From Eledone cirrhosa (taxonomy: Eukaryota): 64,000 nucleotides of DNA. Below are positions 56,227-64,000 of this stretch, in pieces; the first letter of the stretch is position 1, and each line of letters opens with the position of its first letter. The stretch covers positions 218,674,001 through 218,738,000 of the forward strand of contig OZ024741.1 in NCBI GenBank assembly GCA_964016885.1, read 5' to 3'. The notes under the pieces are model-generated. The model saw nothing but the letters and a program-made list of their open reading frames with translations. It searched no databases and had not been told where the DNA came from. Position numbers and translations under genes: made by a program.

Positions 56227-56545
56227 GTTATGCTTTGGGAGGGTCATGTTGCCAATAAGAAACACACGCACCAGTTGCTTTCACTTCAAATTATTACAAT
56301 AAATTTATAAATTTAGGAATTTATAAATTTCCGGTTGGTTGGTTGGTTCCACAACCAGATGGTTGTTTATATATTGTCAAAGTTCTTTCGTCAAAAATTC
56401 TGTGACCTCTTCAGTGACTGGGGATTCTTTTCTTTGTTTATTGTGCCTCTCCTTTGTTCTGTCCTACGCCATCTTGAAAAAACAAGATGGCGTAGGACAG
56501 AACAAAGGAGAGGCAACATGACCCTCCCAAAGTATAACAATATCG
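54803..56545. repeat. Three adjacent inverted-repeat structures (54803-55142, 55162-55779, 56222-56545)
   Basis: Arms read directly; the last is related to 43830-44130 and 52612-52890. Confidence 0.88.
55034..55098 (+). ncRNA. Type I minimal hammerhead ribozyme with intact core
   Basis: TATTTTAT-CTGATGA-AGGCATACCATA/TGTGGTATCCCT-GAAA-TATGTA-TA-ATGAAATA. Confidence 0.78.
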
Positions 56546-56597
56546 GTTTCAACACACGTTTTCAGATAAAGAATCTTGCTAAACAAATTCAGAAACG

Positions 56598-56646
<49 letters not shown>

Positions 56647-57049
56647 TACATATATATATATATCATCAACATCACCATTTTACGTCCATTCTTCCATGCT
56701 AGCATGGGTTAGATGAGCTGTTCCATTTGAAACAAGTGCGTATTCAGCCAGCCATCTTGGCGATATATATGTAGATATATATATATAATCATCATCATTG
56801 CTATTATCATCATCGATTTCTTGCTAATGTGGTTTCATGCAGTACAGGATATAAAGAGTGAAGTACCAGAGAGTTTTTATTTCTCTTATCTTCCATGAAC
56901 AAACCCGGCTGTGATTCAGTATCCCAAGTGTCTATATATATAGTTACAGTTAAAGGAAGGTCATACACCAGTTTCCTTTCATTTCAATTTTATTGTTAAT
57001 GATATCAGTTGGTTAATAACCTAGTTAATTAATTGTCAAAGTCCTTTCG

Positions 57050-57450
57050 TAACAACCTGAGATCTTATCAGTGTCTATTGCCTTCTGTGTCTCCATTTCA
57101 GTAGCATATATAATTTTCTATAAATATTTTCTGATGAACTTTCCTCTTTGTTGCCTTGTCTTCATGAGTTTGATCAGATAGTACCAGATTTGTGGCTAGT
57201 CCATATCTATTTACAGTTGAAGTTTCTAAATGTAATCACAAATTCTATTCTCATAGTTTCTTCCTTCGCACATCTCACCTATGGAATTCCTGGCTTATCA
57301 ATTTCCTGGCCAATACAATTTGGAAAAATTCAAAAGCAACATCAATCATCATCTTTCTCCTTGAATTATATTTTCTCTTCTCAGTAACCCTTTGTATTTT
57401 AGTGGTTTTATTGGGGTGAGTAAATCGAAAAAACAACAAAAAAAAAACAT
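57050..57450 (+). mobile_element. Degenerate LINE 3' end (Jockey/CR1-like)
   Basis: FYSHSFFLRTSHLWNS motif, then A-rich tail. Confidence 0.5.
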
Positions 57451-57795
57451 GAAAATAGATGTTAACTCTTTTGATCCAAAACTCCTGGCTGTCTTTTAAA
57501 ATGTTTGTTTATATGTATCTAAAAACCTTCCATCATAACATTATGCAAGAACCTTTGTTAAGTTATGTTCCAAACACTAATATAATAATCAGATAACCTT
57601 TCCAAATTCTTGATTATTCAAGAACCCTTGTTAAGTTACGTTCCAAACACTAATATAATAATGAGAAAATCCTTCCAAATTCTTGATTATTTTCAAAATA
57701 ATTTGGTAATCACAAACAGACTGTTTCAAGGGAAATATGGTAACAAAAGGTTTGAAGTGATTGAGGGAGAAGATATGAGAGCCATTATTACTCAC

Positions 57796-57913
57796 TTTGA
57801 GGGAAGGTCAGGAGCCCCATCTTCCTGACCTGGGACATCAACATGTATAAACACAGCTCGCTTCCTAATTTGCTCCATACATGGCTGGTCGACAAAATGT
57901 TTCCATGTAGTAT
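57796..57913 (-). CDS. NDRG-family (ZK1073.1-like) gene, first exon in window: xTTWKHFVDQPCMEQIRKRAVFIHVDVPGQEDGAPDLPS
   Basis: ttgtag acceptor, gtgagt donor, 118 nt; HVDVPGQEDGA matches the NDRG HVDAPGQxxGA motif; phase 2 joins the next exon. Confidence 0.93.
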
Positions 57914-58477
57914 CTACAAACAAAATAATAATAATAATAATGATTTCTGATTTAGGCACAAAGTCAATAATTTTGAAGGAGGGGAAAATTGATTAAATCG
58001 ACCCCAGTATTATGTATGTTACTGGTACTTTATTTTATCGACCCCATAAGGATAAAAAGCAAAGCTAACTTTGGTAGGATTTGAACTCAGAACAATAATA
58101 ATGGTTTCTTATATAGGCACAAGGCCAGTCATTTGGGGGGAGGGGAAAGTCGATTAAATCGACCCCAGTGCGTGACTGGTACTTTATTTTATCGACCCCG
58201 TAAGGATGAAAGGGAAAGTTAACCTTGGCAGGATTTGAACTCAGACCATAAAGGGCCGTAACTCTATGCCACAAAGCATGGCGTCCGACCCTCTACCGAT
58301 ACTGCCAATCCACCGCCCTAATAATAACAATAATAATTGTTTCTAATTTTGGCACAAGGCCAGCAATTACCCAGTGTATTACTGGTACTTTATTTTATCA
58401 ACCCTGTAAGGATGAAAAGCAAAGTTAACCTCGGCGGGATTTGAACAATAATAATGATAATAATAATAATTATGATT

Positions 58478-60767
58478 TCATTTATTGGCCACAAGGGCTG
58501 ACATATAGGGGACAATACAAAAGACTGGGACAGTGGGGTTTTACAGAAAAATCGAGTAAACAATACGAATAACAATAACAAAGTAACAATAAAGTAACAA
58601 GAAAATTACAAGAAAAAAAACCCAATAGGGGGGATGACCACCTAGGGTTCCCTCAGGTACCCCACCAGTCCTGAACGACCCGACGCTTCGAGAGCACCCT
58701 GGAAGGGCACCCCTCTCCTCTTCAAATTTACCTACCTACAGCCGCATGACCAGAGTAGGCCCACTCACACAGGCCATTCTCGCCACATTCACCCACCTTT
58801 CAGCAAATGTACTGGGGGGGGGGGGGGGCAGCACTTCTCTCTCCACCCCCTCACCTTCCTTTCCAAGTGAAACATAAAAAAGTTGATGAGGGATTGGCTG
58901 AAGAGAAAAGTGTCTGTCTTCAGTCCTTTCAACCTCGTCCACCATACAACCTCTTTCGCTACTGCCACCAGACAGAGGAAAATTGCCTGCCCTTCCTGAC
59001 CAAAAGAAGGCGGCGGGTTGATCTTCCCTATGGACTCGGCCGATAGCTGGATCCGTTCTACACGTGACAACAGCTGTTAAACATAACTCCACAAGTCAGT
59101 AATGCACGGACACTGGACGAGTGCGTGCAGAACGGTTTTGTCGCTCTGCGCGCATCTCGGGCAGGTCCGTCTGACAGCACTTCTGTGCCTGTAGAGTTTA
59201 TCTCGAACCAGCAGTGCCCCCCCGGTAGCACTGCCAAGCGAGGGATTTTTGGAAATTATCCATCGTCCCTGGCTCGAAAGTCCTCCGGTACAGACTGGTT
59301 AGTTCGACTTCGTTGACTCCGAGAGCTTCTCTGAGTGCGTCGTCGCACTTACCCACCACTAATCCTCTATAGAACTTGAGAGCGGAAGTTCCACTGACCG
59401 CATTGCCCGCCTGGTAGAGGGCAGTGAGTGCCTGGCAACATTCCAGATGCCAGTCACCCAGTCTCGGTCTCTTCTTGACCCAGGACTGCAACTCAGTCAA
59501 AGAAACGAGCTGCAGAAAGGCCCGTCTGACAAACGGCGACCACACCTGTTCACCGTTTAGGCAGAATATCTGGAGATGTCTCAGCCTCAGCGCATGCCTG
59601 CGGATCATTAGCCACGGCATGCCCAGCCTTCCACGTAGAGGGTGCTGGCCGCAGATGGACCGCCTCACCAGCGGAACCTGACCCCTCCACAAGAATTTGA
59701 AGAGCAGCCGCTCCAAGATGGCGAGGCGCGAACGGGGGCAAGGGACGACGGTCAGACGGTAGTAGATGACGGACGCGATGTACGCATTCGCCACCTCCAC
59801 CCGACCTTTCAGTGGTAGCTTCATCCCAGCCCATTTCTGGGTGAGACTGGCTACCCTGCCCGTCACCTCATCCCAATTCTTATCCACCTGGAGGTCTGGC
59901 CCGGACCAAACCCCTAGCAACTTTACCGGTCCGTCCGTCCAGCGCCTAACGACGCTGTTGGATGGCATGGACTTGCCTCTCCAGGTGCCGAGTTGCAAGC
60001 CAACTGACTTTTCTGGGTTAAGTTTTGCTCCCATCAACCTTTCATATTCCTCCAATAAGTTGCCGACCACCTCGATTTCTGAGGTGTCCGACACCATCAC
60101 GGTGATGTCGTCCGCATAAGCCGAGACAGCCTTTCCGCCTCCCGGTTTGAGTGGGATGCCCTGCAACAGCTCCAGATTCCGCAGTAAAGGCTCGAGAGAC
60201 AATACGTACAGAAGGGAGGAGAGAGGGCACCCTTGACGGATCAATCGGGAGACCTGAAACGGTTCCGAGAGGTGGCCATTAATTTTGACCATCGAGCATG
60301 TGCCGCTGTGCATTGCAGCGATCCAGCTTCTGAAGACGGGGCCGAAGCCAGCCGCCTTGAGGACAGCCTCCAGGTACCAATGGTCGACCCTATCGAATGC
60401 TTTCGATTGATCTAAATTGATTAGAGCCCCACTGAAGCCAGGTTTACACCCTACCCTCTCTATGATGTATTGCATTAGGTGGAGGTTGTCGTGTATGGAC
60501 CTGGTTGGGATTGCGCAAGTTTGCGCCTCCCCAACCAAATCCCCGACGACAAGCACCAACCTCTTCGCTAACACCCTGGCCAAAATCTTAAACTCTGTGT
60601 TGAGCAGAGTGATGGGCCTGAAATTGTCTAATCTGTCCCTCTTGTTCTCGTCTTTCCTTATCAGCGTCACTACGCCCCGGCTCACAGAACTGGGAATACT
60701 CCCATTTTGCTGCCAGTTGTAAATAAAGCGACTTACTGTGAGTGAGCAAAATACGTCCGCTTAGACC
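58478..60767 (-). mobile_element. 5'-truncated Tx1/L1-clade LINE (RT ORF 59198-60685)
   Basis: NFRPITLLN, DQSKAFDRV, RQGCPLS, AYADD; (AAT)n on both sides. Confidence 0.93.
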
Positions 60768-60768
60768 A

Positions 60769-60800
<32 letters not shown>

Positions 60801-60892
60801 TTCTATTATAGGCACAAGGCCAGCAATTTGAAGGGAACTGAAAAATCGATTGAATCGACCCCACTGTGTTACTGGTACTTTATTTTATTGAC

Positions 60893-62336
60893 CGTTTCCT
60901 ACATACTGAGCAAGGCCATTTCCCTGAGGAGATCTGGATTCTGTTTTCTTGTCTACTTACAAGGACCTTAGTCTTTGTCAGGTTGACTTTGAGACCCTTT
61001 CTTTCTAGTCCGTGTTTCCATGTTTGGAATTTCTTCTCTAGTTCCACCATAGATTCAGCTATAAGTGTGAGATCATCTGCATATAGGAGTTCCCATGGGC
61101 ATCCGGTCTTAAACTCCTCCATTATTGCCTGCAAAATTATAATGAACAGGTGAGGGCTAAGAATAGAGCCCTGGTGGACACTGACCTGTATGCTAAATTC
61201 CTTGCTATAGTCATTGCTAACCCATAATTTTGCTGACTGCTCCTCTATACATGGCTTGTACAGCTTTCACAAACCATTCATCTACTCCTAGTTTTCTAAG
61301 AGACCACCATATTATAGCATGGGGGACTCTGTCGAAGGCTTTTTCCAGATCAACGAATGCCAGGTAGAGTGGCTTACTTTTAGCTAATTACTTTTCCTGT
61401 AACTGCCTCACAAGGAAGAGGGCATCAGTGGTGCTTTTTCCTGGTACAAACCCAAATCGCATCTCATCTAGTTTTACCCGGTCCCTAATCAGCTGTGCTA
61501 TAACTCTTTCCATTACTTTCATGACCTGGTCCATCAGCTTTATACCTCTATACTTTCCTCTATCTAGTGCATAACATTTACCCTTGTAGCAGTTGACAAT
61601 GTTGCTGCTGCACCAATCCTTTGGTATGACACCCTCTAGTATTACCTGGTTAACAATACGTGTGGTTATGGTGTGACCTACCAACCCAGATGCCTTCAGC
61701 ATCTCTGCAGCTATACCCGATGGACCGGTTGCCTTCACAGTCTTCATATCTTTGATTGCTTTACTTACTACACTGCTGCTTACTTGTACTGCTGGCCCCT
61801 CTATAGGGTCCACTTGGAGTAGGGTCTCTTTTTCCCATGCATTCTCCTCGTTTAGTAATCTTTCATAATGGCTCTTCCATGCAGCTTTCTTCTCAGCACT
61901 TGTGAGAGCAAGCTCACCTTTATCATTCCGGACACACTTCTCTCCAATAACATCACAATTCCCTCTGACACACTGCCTCGCAATCTTGAACACCTCCTGT
62001 TTCTGGTCCTCACATTGCAAAACATGCTTGAATTTTCTATCCTCTGCTTCCCTTCTAGCTAAGTATACTTGTCGCCTAGCTTCCCTCCTGGTCTCTATGT
62101 AATGTACTCTGTTTCCCCCGTTTTTCCATTCTTTCCATGCCTGTCTCTTAGCCTTAACTGTCTCATCTACCTTATTGTTCCACCACCAAGTCACTCTCCT
62201 CCTTATGGACTTGCTCCAACCACAGATCTCATCTGTCGCCTTTAGTAAGTTATTTTTTAGTAACTCCCAGTGCTCTTTTACATTGAATGTCTCTATCTCT
62301 TCTTCTTTACTGTCATAGGCGTCGAGTAGGATATCT
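60893..62336 (-). mobile_element. RTE-clade LINE internal fragment, pseudogenised
   Basis: YRGIKLM, FGFVPGKSTTDALF, DLEKAFD, LLYADDL, with stops. Confidence 0.92.
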
Positions 62337-62873
62337 TTAAATATATATATATATATATATATAGCATCATCCTCGTTTAACGTCCGTGTTCCACGCTTGC
62401 ATGGGTTTGGACGGGGGTTTTCCCACTTGAGGCAAGAGTGATTGTCTTGCTCGCATAGAACTGTCTGGCGGGTTTTCTACAGCTGGATGCCCTTCCTAAC
62501 ACCAACCACATTTACAGTGTGGAGCTGGGAGGTTTTTACCGTGTTGCCTACACGGCCACATTACAGCGTGGACTGTGTGTTTTTTTTGTCGTGACACCTA
62601 CACGATCTCATTTGCTTCGGCCTGGATGTTGTGGCACCAACATAACTTTACATTGAATGGGGCGGTGTGGATGGGGTGGGGGTGGTGGGACGGGAGTGTA
62701 TTTTGTTAGAGATGCCTACTGACAGTAGTAGGTTTTACTTTGTATTTAGGTAAGGCGGGTCTTCTCTATTACTGAGTACCGCCGAAGGTCTCGGTCCAGT
62801 GACATTGTCTTGGAGAGGTGTAAGTGTGTATATATATATATATGTATATGTAGGTATATATGTATGTTTATAT

Positions 62874-62913
<40 letters not shown>

Positions 62914-62985
62914 ACATGTACATATATATATATATATATATATGTACATGTAGGTATATATATATACATATATGTATGTATATGT

Positions 62986-63038
<53 letters not shown>

Positions 63039-63492
63039 TATGTAGGTATATATATATATATATATATCCTAAACGGACGGTAGTCCGTTTAGTAATATTG
63101 TTGTGGTCATGTTTTCGTTGGCAATCATCTGTTTACGACAGTACAGCGCGGCTCTACTTTATTTAACTGTGATAAAACTTATATGAACATGAACAGTAGA
63201 TCATACTCATCTTTTGGCTTAAAAATCTAGAAATTTGGTCCAGCGGGAAAAAGTTTATAATCAAAGTTTGCTGATAAATCTTGTGTTCAAGTGAGTGAGT
63301 AGTAAGCGTGACGCTAGGGGAGGTAATTACGAGGTAATTACAAGGGGAGGTAATTACGATTCTCTCTCTATTATCTAATATATTTCAAATTGTATTTTTA
63401 ACTAAATTCATTTATCATAGTCTAATATTTTAAAAATAGGTGAGTGCTCCACGATGATGACCCATGTCCCCGCCATGTGGAGGGGATGCTTA

Positions 63493-63558
63493 GGAGCCAT
63501 CCAGATATCATGTGACCATTTTTGGTTTGCGGTGTCCACATGATATCTGGATGGCCCT
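63493..63558. mobile_element. Tiny PIF/Harbinger-type MITE
   Basis: TTA|ggagccatccagatatcatgtg...cacatgatatctggatggccct|TTA. Confidence 0.6.
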
Positions 63559-64000
63559 TTATACTAATTAGTCATTTATCTGCATAAAAATTATACCAGA
63601 TCATTCTGATTATTGGCTTGAAATCTTTTACAAAATTAGTATGAGCAACTAAGAGGTCATCAATAGAAATAGAATTACTTTTTGAAGTTTTCATGCACAG
63701 CATTTTTGGGGATTTAAAATAAAAGTTAATATCATAATTCTTATTTTGTATACCCACATTGCAGATACAGAGAAACATGACAATCCTATATAAAGGTCGT
63801 AGACAGCAGTATCAGTTTTTATCCGTAACACCATTGAAATGCACAAGTTTCACCAATTCACTATTATGCACAAATCATCTCAAATGCATTCATGATTTAC
63901 TAGCTTTGTCATTAAGCCAGTTGCCTCAACTAGATTGCAATTATACTCAAAAGAACTTTAAAATGTCAATCACTTGTCAGTAATTCACTATGATCATTTA

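Noticed and set aside
63572-63983. Short ORFs as possible upstream NDRG exons
   Set aside because: No NDRG-like motif or compatible splice sites; probably a decayed repeat

Overview
AT-rich, repeat-dense animal genomic DNA; the repeat content (tRNA-headed Meta-domain SINEs, RTE, Tx1, R4/Dong, Penelope, Helitron, mariner, long (TA)n) suggests an octopus/cephalopod, which is an inference. The window lies inside one minus-strand gene. Nine GT-AG exons (57913 down to 1274) splice in frame into an NDRG-family alpha/beta-hydrolase-fold protein (ZK1073.1-like); its 5' and 3' ends lie outside the window. Most ORFs in the supplied track are microsatellite artefacts. Two things stand out. (1) The 33-kb phase-0 intron between ...HRFGS and FEKAENK... 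contains a series of candidate microexons (27, 13, 5, 22, 12, 21/33 and 9 nt) that keep the frame singly or in pairs. (2) About a dozen mostly unrelated long fold-back palindromes sit in or beside (TA)n tracts; several carry Penelope-type minimal hammerhead ribozyme cores, and in two cases the inversion junction falls at ribozyme helix II. SINEs show an extreme orientation bias, and several minisatellites derive from functional ends (a splice donor, a transposon terminus). All calls were made by eye; boundaries of degenerate repeats and copy counts are approximate.
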